DNA of 39,914 bases from Octopus bimaculoides. Taxonomy: Eukaryota. This document shows positions 22,835 to 35,329 of the stretch, one piece after another. The notes beneath the pieces were generated by a model, which worked only from the letters and a program-made list of their open reading frames with translations, ran no database searches and was not told where the DNA came from. The stretch's first letter is position 1. Every line of letters begins with the position of its first letter. Where the stretch lies: contig NC_068988.1 of NCBI RefSeq assembly GCF_001194135.2, positions 40,828,484 through 40,868,397 on the forward strand, in the 5' to 3' direction. Made by a program: the position numbers and the translations under genes.

Positions 22835-23574
22835 GTTGCGGTTATGTTGCGGTTATGTTGTTGTTATTGTTGTTGTTGTTGTTGCTATTGTTATCTGCTG
22901 TTGGTGAAGTGGTTAAATTGCCGCAGTGCTATTATCAAAGTGTACATACNNNNNNNNNNNNNNNNNNNNNNNNNNNNNNNNNNNNNNNNNNNNNNNNNNN
23001 NNNNNNNNNNNNNNNNNNNNNNNNNNNNNNNNNNNNNNNNNNNNNNNNNNNNNNNNNNNNNNNNNNNNNNNNNNNNNNNNNNNNNNNNNNNNNNNNNNNN
23101 NNNNNNNNNNNNNNNNNNNNNNNNNNNNNNNNNNNNNNNNNNNNNNNNNNNNNNNNNNNNNNNNNNNNNNNNNNNNNNNNNNNNNNNNNNNNNNNNNNNN
23201 NNNNNNNNNNNNNNNNNNNNNNNNNNNNNNNNNNNNNNNNNNNNNNNNNNNNNNNNNNNNNNNNNNNNNNNNNNNNNNNNNNNNNNNNNNNNNNNNNNNN
23301 NNNNNNNNNNNNNNNNNNNNNNNNNNNNNNNNNNNNNNNNNNNNNNNNNNNNNNNNNNNNNNNNNNNNNNNNNNNNNNNNNNNNNNNNNNNNNNNNNNNN
23401 NNNNNNNNNNNNNNNNNNNNNNNNNNNNNNNNNNNNNNNNNNNNNNNNNNNNNNNNNNNNNNNNNNNNNNNNNNNNNNNNNNNNNNNNNNNNNNNNNNNN
23501 NNNNNNNNNNNNNNNNNNNNNNNNNNNNNNNNNNNNNNNNNNNNNNNNNNNNNNNNNNNNNNNNNNTATGTATG

Positions 23575-23783
23575 TGTTTGTGTGTCTGTGTTTGTCCCCC
23601 CAACATCGCTTGACAACCGATGCTGGTGTGTTTATATCCCTGTAACTTAGCGGTTCGGCAAAATAGACCAATAGAATAAGTACTAGGCTTCCAAAGAATA
23701 AGTCCTCGGGTCGATTTGCTCGACTAAAGGTGGTGCTCCAGCATGGCCACAGTCAACAGACTGAAACAAGTAAAATAGTAAAT
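23575..23783 (+). mobile_element. CORE-type SINE (family C) 3' half
   Basis: GATAGAATAAGTACTAGGCTT..AAAGAATAAGTC..GGGTCGATTT..TCGACTAAAGG.GGTGCTCCAGCATGG segment shared with 25015-25115. Confidence 0.75.
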
Positions 23784-23784
23784 A

Positions 23785-23821
<37 letters not shown>

Positions 23822-23899
23822 CATATGTGTATATATATATATATACATATATATTTGTATATGTATATGTGTGTGAGTGTGTGTGTGTGTGTGCGCGCC

Positions 23900-24088
23900 T
23901 GTGTCTATGTTTTCCACCACCGCTTAACAAGTGCTGTCGGTATGTTTACGTCTCTGTAACGTAGCGCTTCGGCAAAAGAAACGATGGGATAAGTACCAGG
24001 TTTTAAGAAAAGGAAGTACTTGGGACGATTCATCCGAGTAAAGAATTTCTTCAAGCATGGCCGTCGTCTAATGACTGAAACAATTAAA
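23900..24088 (+). mobile_element. Decayed family C SINE 3' half
   Basis: Similar to 23590-23775 (TTCGGCAAAA...GATAAGTACCAGG...AGCATGGCC...ATGACTGAAACAA). Confidence 0.6.
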
Positions 24089-24577
24089 CGATGGAGGATA
24101 AACGACGCATATAATTTATGCATATATGTGTCTCTTTTGAAAAAGTTGACAGTGTGATCGGAAGTGAATTTAGCTGCTATTTCTAACAGCTCAAGCAACC
24201 TCATCGTGACTCTGTTGTTGTCTAGTCCAGATCGTTGCTCTTCATACACTTGTTTACGCTTCTCCCATCTCACCTCCAGTTTAGCAGGTCTATGATCCAA
24301 GGCATTCCAGCCGTGGCCATTCCGCCTTTTTGTATGCAGTCCAGCCTTTTCTGTATGTATGAAAGATAATATTGTCTCTGCTCTTCGTCGCATGCATTCC
24401 GTCGAATGCATGTCTCCATTCCGTCTTTTTGTATGTATGAAAGATAACATTGTCTCTGCTTTTCGTTGCTCCGAGGTCGATAAAATAAAAAAAAAAAAAG
24501 CCTGTTAAATACTGACTGGATGTTATGGAATTATACTTTCCCTTCAATTGCTATCCTAAATCAAATACTAGACAGAT

Positions 24578-24786
24578 CAGCAGAAGCGTTAGAGTGTCGA
24601 ACAAAATGTTTAGCGTTATTTGATGTTCTTTTTTTACGTTGTGAGTTCAAATTCCGCCGAGGTCGACTTTGCCTTTCATCCTTTCAGGGTCGATAAATTA
24701 TGTACCTATGAAACACTAGGGTCGACGTGATCAACCAGTCCTTTCCCCCAAAATGTGAGGCCTTGTGCCTCCAGTAGAAAGGATTA
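24578..24786 (+). mobile_element. Family B tRNA-SINE
   Basis: GAGTTCAAATTCCGCCGAGGTCGACTTTGCCTTTCATCCTTTCAGGGTCGATAAA...GGCCTTGTGCCTCCAGTAGAAAGGATTA. Confidence 0.8.
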
Positions 24787-25143
24787 CATGGCTGTGTGGT
24801 AAGAAGCTTGCTTACCAACCACATAGTTCCGGGTACAGTCCCACTGCGTGACACCTTGGGCAAGTGTCTTCTGCTATAGCCTCGGGCCAACCAAAGCCTT
24901 GTGAGTGAATTTGGTAGACGGAAACTGAAAGAAGCCCATCATATGTATATATATATGTGTGTGTGTTTGCCTCCTCCCCATAACTTGATAACTTATGTTG
25001 TTGTATTTACGTCCCGATAGAATAAGTACTAGGCTTACAAAGAATAAGTCTTAGGGGTCGATTTATTCGACTAAAGGCGGTGCTCCAGCATGGCTACAGT
25101 CAAATGACTGAAACAAATAAAATTGTAAAAGAGAAAGTAAAAG
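24787..25143 (+). mobile_element. Near full-length CORE-type tRNA-SINE (family C)
   Basis: A-box TGGCTGTGTGGT and B-box-like GGGTACAGTCCC. CCTTGGGCAAGTGTCTT resembles the CORE/MIR motif. Internal (TA/TG)n and an A-rich tail. Confidence 0.85.
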
Positions 25144-25381
<238 letters not shown>

Positions 25382-25420
25382 CTTCTTCTTCTTCTTCTTC
25401 TTCTTCTTCTTCTTCTTCTT

Positions 25421-25510
<90 letters not shown>

Positions 25511-25513
<3 letters not shown>

Positions 25514-26142
25514 TAGTTTTATTTTTATAACGTGCTTTCACTTCACTACCGAGCGCAGCTCTGTGCGCCTTGGGTATGTGCTGTGGNNNNNNNNNNNNNN
25601 NNNNNNNNNNNNNNNNNNNNNNNNNNNNNNNNNNNNNNNNNNNNNNNNNNNNNNNNNNNNNNNNNNNNNNNNNNNNNNNNNNNNNNNNNNNNNNNNNNNN
25701 NNNNNNNNNNNNNNNNNNNNNNNNNNNNNNNNNNNNNNNNNNNNNNNNNNNNNNNNNNNNNNNNNNNNNNNNNNNNNNNNNNNNNNNNNNNNNNNNNNNN
25801 NNNNNNNNNNNNNNNNNNNNNNNNNNNNNNNNNNNNNNNNNNNNNNNNNNNNNNNNNNNNNNNNNNNNNNNNNNNNNNNNNNNNNNNNNNNNNNNNNNNN
25901 NNNNNNNNNNNNNNNNNNNNNNNNNNNNNNNNNNNNNNNNNNNNNNNNNNNNNNNNNNNGGGCAGCCAGAGATAATATGATTTATTGTTTCTTGTCGATC
26001 TCCACATATTCTACAGTTACTTGTTATATTTCTTTTCATTGTGTTTTTGGTAATTTCTGGTGGGGAGGCTTTGGTCTTGTGCAGCAATTAAAAATCCTTC
26101 AGTCTCTGCTTTGAGTCCTGAGCTTCTCAGCCATTGCTGGGA

Positions 26143-26145
<3 letters not shown>
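25511..26145 (-). mobile_element. 5'-truncated R4/Dong-like retrotransposon in (TAA)n, with an internal gap at 25587-25959
   Basis: Minus-strand translation SQQWLRSSGLKAETEGFLIAAQDQSLPTRNYQKH, then (frameshift) MKRNITSNCRICGDRQETINHIISGC, a CX2C...HX4C knuckle. (ATT)n on both plus-strand sides. Confidence 0.85.
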
Positions 26146-26173
<28 letters not shown>

Positions 26174-26201
26174 CATTATTATTATTATTATTATTATTAT
26201 T

Positions 26202-26419
26202 AAGGTGGTGAGCTTACAGAACCGTTAGCACACCTGAAAAAATTCTTAGCAGCATCTCGTTCGTCTTTATGTTCAGAGGTTAAATTCCGCCGAGGTTGAC
26301 TTTGCCTTTCAACCTTTCAAGGTCAATAAAATAAGTACCAGCTGCGCAATTGGGGGTCAATGAAACCGACTGACGCTCCCTCCCTCGAACCTACGTGCCT
26401 TGAGCCACAATTTGAAACC
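26202..26419 (+). mobile_element. Family B tRNA-SINE with (ATT)n on both sides
   Basis: AAGGTGGTGAGCT head, AAATTCCGCCGAGGTTGACTTTGCCTTTC core, TTTGAAACC tail followed by ATT repeats. Confidence 0.75.
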
Positions 26420-26600
26420 ATTATTATTATAATTATTATTTCTATCTGGCCGTGATCAATTTTATTATTTTTATTGAAGCATTAAAATAAGTACCTGTCA
26501 TGTAATCGTGTTAGTTTACTCAACTTCCTGTTCCGGTCCCTAATATATGTGGCCCTGTACAAATGAAAGAAATCAGACTGCTCTTGTAGAAAATAGAAAT

Positions 26601-26639
<39 letters not shown>

Positions 26640-27091
26640 TTACTACTACTACTCCCAGTCCTTTGAAGTTCACTTATGGGTGACCCTGATTACGTGTGGG
26701 CCTGTGTTTCAGAAGTTTGTTTTGTACCTAACTGTTTTGAGTTCAAATGTCACCGAGGCTGACTGATGAACGTTAGTCTTTAAATGAATACCAGTAATAC
26801 AGCAGGATCCAGTTAGAATTAGCTTTATAACTTATTGTAATTGTTACAGCTGTTGTTCAGCCTATGATTAAATACGTTGCAATTGTGAGAAATAATACAA
26901 TGTAATGTCCTTCCCTGCTTAATTTTTATGACGGTAGAGTCTGACTAGACAGAGATTTGGCTGCCATTTCCAGCAAGTTGACAGACCATAGAAGCTCATT
27001 CGTCGGCATAAATTAACTTTTTTATAGTTGTAATGGATATTCCAGTTTATTATCTGGTTTTGATTTCCCGTGGAACAGCTTGGAAAAGTTG

Positions 27092-27150
27092 AACATCATA
27101 ACGCCCCATGTGTAATTCTAAAACATGATAACGCCTATGTGTAATTCTAA
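27092..27150. repeat. Imperfect ~30-bp tandem duplication
   Basis: AACATCATAACGCCCCATGTGTAATTCTAA followed by AACATGATAACGCCTATGTGTAATTCTAA. Confidence 0.85.
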
Positions 27151-27160
27151 ACCCTATAAT

Positions 27161-27366
27161 TCTTTCTATTGTAGGCACAAGGCCTGAAATTGGTAGGTTG
27201 GGGGCTAGTCGACTAACGTGTTCGATAGGAACTTATTTTATCGACCCTCAAAGAAATGAAAGGAAAAGTAGACCTCGGCAGAACTTGAACTCAGAACGTA
27301 AAACCGGAAGAAATGCCACTGAGCATTTTGTCGGGCATGCTAACGACTCTGCCAGTTCGCCGCCTA
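27161..27366 (-). mobile_element. Family B tRNA-SINE
   Basis: GGCACAAGGCC...TTTTATCGACC...GACCTCGGCAGAACTTGAACTCAGAACG...CTGCCAGTTCGCCGCCT. Confidence 0.75.
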
Positions 27367-29010
27367 ACTAAGCCCTACAACACCAGGTTAAATGTTTTGC
27401 CTGACCTGATTTTGTCGTTCAATACTTCGGTAAACATTATACCGAGAGAATGAACGAATTAATGTTAATTAATGTTGTTGTTAACTCTGGGAGTTATCCT
27501 CACAAAGCAGACCTATGAACAAAGTTGACCCTATGAACAAAGGAGTTTCAATCATAATCAATGTAACATATTTGGTTAGCAGAATCATTTGACCGCTGAT
27601 GGACAAAACACCTTGAGGTAATTAGATCTTTCAATTTGCGAGCTCAAGTACCAGTGAAATACTGTGGCATATCCGAGACTTCTTCAAGCAAAAGATTCCA
27701 AGTGAATCTTTTTAATGTTGCTTGCTCTGTGAACACACATGAGGATTTAAAGCTCCAATAGTTATAACATCCGTGTAAAAAGCCGTGGTCCCTGCTTTAA
27801 AAAAAAACAATCTTTGAACAACATCACAATGCGGTGCGTCCTTGATTGTTGCCGTCGCATATTTGACAAATGTAGCAGGAAAAGAACTACATCATCCAAA
27901 GTACCCCTTATTTTAAGACGATATGTTATGATTAGAAAGAGATTTAGCTGTTATTTCTAGCTGGTTAAACAACCACATACATGCTTCCTCATTCGCTCGT
28001 ATTTATGTGCTTTCATTTTGTCGATGTTGTCTTACTCGCATTTTCGCAATTGTTCATCTCATTTTGCTATCATTATTTGTTTTCTTATCATTGCCATGCT
28101 CTATGCTTAATGTCCTATGTTTAAATGAGTCATTTATTTAAAAAATTATTAGCTTTTGTCGTTATAACTGTTTAAAATCTTTTTTTCTTTTCTGACATAA
28201 CGTAGCTAGAGTCGCACCATTCAATATGTCCTGTTTTCTTTTTTTTAGATGTTAGTGTGATTTAAAAAAAAATTAGCTCTTACTTCAAAGCAAGTTGAGA
28301 AACAAAATATAACTGTTCCCTGTATTGTTTGTAAAATGTCACAAATACGGTTTATAGTAACAACAAAAAATACAGTAACAATGATAATAATGTCTAACGC
28401 TAGAAGTGGTGCCCCCATCATGGACGTAGTCCAATGATTGGAACTATGCGAGGGTGTAAGAACGAAGAAGTCAAAAAACGTAATGCAATACGAATGGAAA
28501 AAAAATTTAATGTTTTAAATAATAAACAGTAATAATAAAAGTGTGTTCCATTGGTGTAATTGCTAGATATTTTTAGGGTTATGTTTGATTATGTCGACCT
28601 CTTTATGACCCTTTAATAATGAAAATCAAAATCGATTTTAACGTGGTGATTGTTTCCTTCGCCCATTTCTAGCAACATTAGTAATATAAATTAAATATTC
28701 ACACATCAAATTAAAATCCAAATTTGGTTGCTAAGTTCTTTGATGCTCAGCTCACTTTCTAAATTAGTCCATTTCACAAAGAACTTTGTTCTTGGTCCCA
28801 CAATGATTTAGACAAAATCTTATAAGAAATTATCTATCTACTTTATCTATCTGTGATTTATGATAGATAAAATTTCAGCTCAGTTTACAGCATAAAGGAG
28901 TCAAACATGAGAGGAGATACGGCCATGCAGTATTTAGAATGACCATTGAATGATTTGATCATATTGATATAGCTCATTCATGAGCAATCTGCTGATCGAG
29001 GGGCTTTCTG

Positions 29011-29073
29011 AAAAAATTACCAGGTGATGAGCCATGTCTCACAAAAAATTACCAGGTGATGAGCCATGTCTCA
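29011..29073. repeat. Exact 31-bp tandem duplication (32-bp period)
   Basis: AAAAAATTACCAGGTGATGAGCCATGTCTCA at 29011-29041 and 29043-29073. Confidence 0.95.
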
Positions 29074-30244
29074 TGCAGTCCACTTCTTGAAAAAGGCTGC
29101 CCAGAAGTGGGATTTTGGGTTTTCTTCAATAATTTTTCAAAGACATTTGTGACACTAGTCAAATAAAAATGGTCTAAACAGTAAATAAAACTAGATACTG
29201 AGCACGTCTCACCAAAACACCGTACTTCATTAAGTTAAATCAAAAATACTCATGTAAAGATCGTACTCGCTGAGACGTAACGTATTGCATTAAGGGCGAG
29301 CTGTTGAGGTAACCTCTACGTCATCGTTTGACCTGCTAAATAAAACAATGAAATCTTCAATCCACACCACAACACCTTTAATAATATAGAATACAGTATA
29401 GCATAGTCTTAAAATACAGTATAGTCAATGTTGGAACACCTTTGATAAATCAGTGTACTTTATCTAGAAAGATGGGGGACTAAACAGCAACAATTTCAGT
29501 GCTGAAAAAGTTTGGCGACCGTATACAGTTATCTTTCATTGACTACATAATTACATACTTAACTGATTGTTCATCAATGCTTGACTAGATTTTTAAAAAG
29601 AGGGAGTGAATGGTCTCAAGTAAAAAGCACCTCTTTCAATGAATTACAATTGCTTCCAATTTAGGCGCAAGTCTATCAGTCTTGTGGAGATGGGGCTAGT
29701 TGGTACCTCAGTGGTTAGACAAAGTAGATCTCAACAGAATTTGAACTCAAATTATAAAATGCTGAAGAAATCCTACAATGCATTTATCTGGCGCTCTAAC
29801 GGTTTCCTCAATCCACTGACCACTATGATAATAATTGTCCACAAAAATTTGACCCAAGAGCAATGGTGGGGTTACGTTAATCATTTACATAGACTCCAAA
29901 TTAAATTTTACCAACTTGAGTTTTATTAAATAATAACAATCTCATAAATAGATTCCATAATACCTCGAAATTTGTGGGCCTCTTAGAAAGTGTTTTACAA
30001 GATTTTTTATGAAAGCATATATGATCAGATGAAGATTTGGTTGCTATTTCTACGAATGAAGGAGCTTCGTAAGTGTTCCGTCAGTGAATCATTGCTCCCT
30101 TAGTAATAATAATTACGCACATAAGCCATAAATTTAAGGGAAGTAGTTAGTCGGTTAAATCGACAAAGTACTTGATTGATACTTCATTTTATCAACTTCA
30201 GGTGGAGGAAAGGTAAAGGTGTTATAAACTAATAAACGTACGGA

Positions 30245-30327
30245 TTTGTGTGTTTGTGTGTGTGCGTGCGTGAATGTGTGTGCGTGTGCTCGTGAATGTA
30301 TGTGTGCGCATGCAGGCGTATTGATTC

Positions 30328-30424
<97 letters not shown>

Positions 30425-30685
30425 TATATACATACATACATACATACATGCACCAGCATGACCGCAGCCACTTGGCTGAAACACATAAATAAATAAATAA
30501 ATACATACATACATACATGTGTGTATATACATATATGAATATATATATATATATGTGAATGTATATATATATATATGTATATACACATTCACATATATGA
30601 ACATATACACACACACACACATACACACACACACATATATATATATATGCGCATAAATACATATATGTATGTATATATGTGTATG

Positions 30686-30774
<89 letters not shown>

Positions 30775-30840
30775 TATACACACACACACATATACATACA
30801 TACTTGCATACATATGTGTAGTGTAATATTATGTATGTGT
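30245..30840. repeat. Compound (TG)n/(TA)n/(CA)n/(TACA)n microsatellite field
   Basis: Seen directly; accounts for the pseudo-ORFs in this region. Confidence 0.95.
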
Positions 30841-30989
30841 ACACATGAACATGATTGCTAATACAATATTGTTGTATTTAAACATTTTCGAGAATAACAG
30901 CTGACCATTTACTAATGGTGTATCTATACAGAAAATAGATTTTAATTTATTACTGAGATCAACTTGACAGAGACTTCAGGGCTCATTCC

Positions 30990-31069
<80 letters not shown>

Positions 31070-31650
31070 GTATGCTTGTGTATACATGTATATATATATA
31101 TATACAAATGTGTGTGTGTATTACATACATATACATATATATATATACTTGTACATAAATGCACGTGCTTACTTATACACACATACACACACACATACAT
31201 GTACGTGTGTGTATACACACATACATACTTGTAAATATATATTTATTTAGGAGCGTGTATGTGAATGATGTAAAATAATGCACAAGAGTATACTTTCGTA
31301 TACAAATTACTTTATTCATATATATATATATATATATATANNNNNNNNNNNNNNNNNNNNNNNNNNNNNNNNNNNNNNNNNNNNNNNNNNNNNNNNNNNN
31401 NNNNNNNNNNNNNNNNNNNNNNNNNNNNNNNNNNNNNNNNNNNNNNNNNNNNNNNNNNNNNNNNNNNNNNNNNNNNNNNNNNNNNNNNNNNNNNNNNNNN
31501 NNNNNNNNNNNNNNNNNNNNNNNNNNNNNNNNNNNNNNNNNNNNNNNNNNNNNNNNNNNNNNNNNNNNNNNNNNNNNNNNNNNNNNNNNNNNNNNNNNNN
31601 NNNNNNNNNNNNNNNNNNNNNNNNNNNNNNNNNNNNNNNNNNNNNNNNNN

Positions 31651-31761
31651 AGAAGAAGAAGAAGAAGAAGAAGAAGAAGAAGAAGAAGAAGAAGAAGAAG
31701 AAGAAGAAGAAGAAGAAGAAGAAGAAGAAGAAGAAGAAGAAGAAGAAGAAGAAGAAGAAGA
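31651..31761. repeat. (GAA)n microsatellite
   Basis: Pure AGA run following the gap. Confidence 0.97.
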
Positions 31762-32603
31762 AAATGAAGAAGAATGAAGATCACTGAGATTCACCGTCCT
31801 TTCACAGATGAACTAACAATCACCAACGTTTTATGGACAGAATTACACACCTGTAGCTCAACGGGTATGTCGTTAATGTAAAAATGACTGCAGCGCAGTA
31901 GGAAAATTAGGAAACAGGAAAACACATGTTGCTAAAAGCAATACAAGCAAAATTATTAGAATGGAAAGAAATAGGTATATACTGAAGGCGTGGGTCGTTG
32001 TTGTCTATTCCAAGCCTCTCAAAAATGCTAACGGGTGGCTTTGTATGTACGAGGCAACGTCACGGCAATACGCGCAACAGAGAGTAGATAGGGATATAGA
32101 CGCTCTACACCTTGCTAATTGAATGGTTTTTAACCTGTGTACGGACAAAACTCCAAATGTTTTTCATATTCTCTTGTTGGTTTTTTTCCTTCTTAATTAT
32201 ATTATTTTAATTATTGTGTGTTGTTTCTCTCTCTACCTTTTATTAATTTCTGTGTCATTATTTGTTCTATTAATTTTTAAGATTGTCCGCACTTTAATAG
32301 AATAATCTCTTTTACTCTGTCTCTCGCTTTTGTATAACTTTTTTTCTTTTAAAAAAATTTTTTTCTCTCTTTTTGTCTTACCTCACACGTCTTTGTAAGT
32401 ACCCTGCTGAACATTTATCGTATGTTATTGCACCTCTTCGAGCCCTTGTAGCTTAGTATAGGAAAAAATTAATTGGCTTACTCTCTCCCGCAAATTTCAG
32501 ACCTATTTTAGAAACTATTTCACAAATATCTTCTTCTACAATCCTGTACTGACCATTAACTCATGAGGAAATGAATTATAAAACTTCGGGAAGTCCGTTG
32601 CAA

Positions 32604-32653
<50 letters not shown>

Positions 32654-33613
32654 ATGCAGGTGTGTGTGTGCAGGTGTGTGCGTGTGCGCAGGTGTGTGTG
32701 CGTGTGTGTACACAGACACACACACACATACATACACATATACATACATACATGTAAAAATTAATATAAACAGCTGGGCGCAATATAATATCATAAAGGA
32801 AAAATTTTATCGTCACTAATTGTGACATGTATGTATGTATGTATGTATGTATGTATGCGTGTATGTATGTATGTATGTATGTATGTATGTATGTATGTAT
32901 GCATGTATGTATGTATGTATGTATTATGTGTGTGTGTGTGTTTGTATGTATGTATGTATGTATGTATGTATGTATGTATCGTAATATTCACTTGTTGATA
33001 GGATCATCTAAGAAAAGGCATTCAATTCAGTGAGACAGTTATCATTTAATGAATACACGAGTTTTGCGTCNNNNNNNNNNNNNNNNNNNNNNNNNNNNNN
33101 NNNNNNNNNNNNNNNNNNNNNNNNNNNNNNNNNNNNNNNNNNNNNNNNNNNNNNNNNNNNNNNNNNNNNNNNNNNNNNNNNNNNNNNNNNNNNNNNNNNN
33201 NNNNNNNNNNNNNNNNNNNNNNNNNNNNNNNNNNNNNNNNNNNNNNNNNNNNNNNNNNNNNNNNNNNNNNNNNNNNNNNNNNNNNNNNNNNNNNNNNNNN
33301 NNNNNNNNNNNNNNNNNNNNNNNNNNNNNNNNNNNNNNNNNNNNNNNNNNNNNNNNNNNNNNNNNNNNNNNNNNNNNNNNNNNNNNNNNNNNNNNNNNNN
33401 NNNNNNNNNNNNNNNNNNNNNNNNNNNAGAATGGGTGTAAAGAAGATTTGACTGCTATTTCTAGTTTGTCAATTGTCCTCATAATGAGTTTTTGTTGGTT
33501 TATTTGGTACTAATATTATAGGGCACACTAACGGGATGAACGCCAGTGTCAATCTATCCTGAGATCAAACTCATTACAAAGAATTCCTTTTGCTCGACTG
33601 GTAATTACAGTTT

Positions 33614-33993
33614 GGAAGCGCAATGGCACAGTGGTTAGGGCAGCGGACTCGCGGTCATAGGATCGCGGTTTCGATTCCCAGATCGGGCGTTGTGAGTGTT
33701 TATTGAGCGAAAACACCTAAAGTTCCACGAGGCTCCGGCAGGGGATGGTGGCGAAACCTGGTGTATTCTTTCACCACAACTTTCTCTCACTCTTACTTCC
33801 TGTTCATGTTGTGTCTGTAATTCAAAGGGTCAGCCTTGTCACACTGTGTCACGCTGAATATCCCCGAGAACTACGCTAAGGGTACACGTGTGTGTGGAGT
33901 GCTCAGCCACTTGCACGTTAATTCCACGAGCAAGCTGTTCCGTTGATCGGATTAACTGGAACCCTCGACGTCGTAAGCGATGGAGTGCCAACA
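33614..33993 (+). mobile_element. Full-length family A tRNA-SINE with 11-bp TSD
   Basis: Colinear with 4627-5009. TSD AATTACAGTTT at 33603-33613 and 33994-34004. Confidence 0.9.
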
Positions 33994-34425
33994 AATTACA
34001 GTTTAAATGTTGCAGTATTTTCGATGTTAGACTAATTTCCAAATGGTATGCAACTTACTCTAGCAAGCTTGCTAGAGACTCTGTCCTGTAGCCAAGTTCG
34101 CCCCTTGATAGCACCCATGAGTTTCGGCAGCATGATTTTCCACGCCCATAATTGTTGAAGCGCGTCGGTTCTTAGCTGTCAGGACACCACAGCCTTCAAA
34201 ATTTCCATGTTTCACGACATTTAACAACAATACTCTTGTATCTATGCATCCTTTCCTTCCCTTTTGAGGTTCTTTTATTGTTCGCTTTCTTATTTCTGTG
34301 TTTCACTCTGTGTACTGTGCATTGACCTTTGACTATCGTTGCTCTTTTCTTACATCACTTAGCGCTGATTTTTGTCCGCTCTTCTGCTCTTTCTTTCGAT
34401 GGGTTGTAGTGCGCGGTGCGACCTT

Positions 34426-34627
34426 CAGAATCGTTAGCACGCCGGGCAAACCGCTGAGCAGTATTTCGTCCGTCACTACGTTCTGAGTCCAATTTCCGCC
34501 GAGGTTGACTTTAACTTTCATCTTTCGATGTCGATAAATAAAATTAGCACTAGTTGAACACTGGGGGTCGATTAATTGACTCATCTTCTCCCCGCAAATT
34601 GCTGCCTTTGTGGAAAAATTTGAAACC
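34426..34627 (+). mobile_element. Family B tRNA-SINE with (ATT)n tail
   Basis: CAGAATCGTTAGCACGCCGGGC...GAGGTTGACTTT...TTTGAAACC followed by (ATT)n. Confidence 0.75.
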
Positions 34628-34839
34628 ATTATTATTATTATTATTATTATTAAGTATCAAATCTGACATCATTCAGTCACTTCAACTCATATAGCAAAAG
34701 TGAACCAACAGCCAAAGTAATAGTTTCTAACGGGACAATCGCAACACCAACTGGTACTCTTCGGATAATTTAATGAGAAAATACAAAATCATCTCGCAGC
34801 AATTTGAACTCAGATGGTAAAAAAGCCAGTTAAATACTT

Positions 34840-35036
34840 TGCTACTCTAGGCACAAGGCCCGAAATTTTAGGGAGGGGGCCAGTCAATCAGATCGACCCC
34901 AGTACACAACTGGTACTTAATTTATCGACCCCGAAAGGCAGAGTCGACCTCGACGGAACTCGGAACGTAAAGACAAACGAAATACCGCTAAGCATTTCGC
35001 CCGGTGTGCTAACGATTCTGCTATCTGGCCGCCTTA
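34840..35036 (-). mobile_element. Family B tRNA-SINE
   Basis: GGCACAAGGCCCGAAATTTT...TTTATCGACCCCGAAAGG...AAGCATTTCGCCCGGTGTGCTAACGATTCTG...GCCGCCTTA. Confidence 0.8.
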
Positions 35037-35329
35037 AGTTAGATAAATACTGGGATAATGTCATTCAATAATAATTGATCTGAAACTATATCGGAAAGGA
35101 CACAAAGAAAAGTGAGTCGAACTATTTCTAGCGCCTGTATGGTACTTATTTAATCGATTCCACGGGAAATGAATCGTTAGGTCAATCCTTCCATATTTTT
35201 TTTTAAATAGTTCTAGTATGGGCATTTCGTTAGATATTAGGAGGGACAAGCGCAGTCATAAATCGGTGGCTGAATTTAACTGAAATATGAAGTTGATCTT
35301 CATGGGATAATAATATTTTTTCTAATAAA

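Noticed and set aside
23905-24450. 181-aa minus-strand ORF
   Set aside because: It spans a decayed SINE and a local duplication, with no recognisable domain.
27690-27795. Minus-strand acceptor-like TTTTTTTTAAAGCAG followed by an open frame (DHGFLHGCYNYWSF...)
   Set aside because: No convincing donor and an unrecognised peptide; weaker than the two exon candidates reported.
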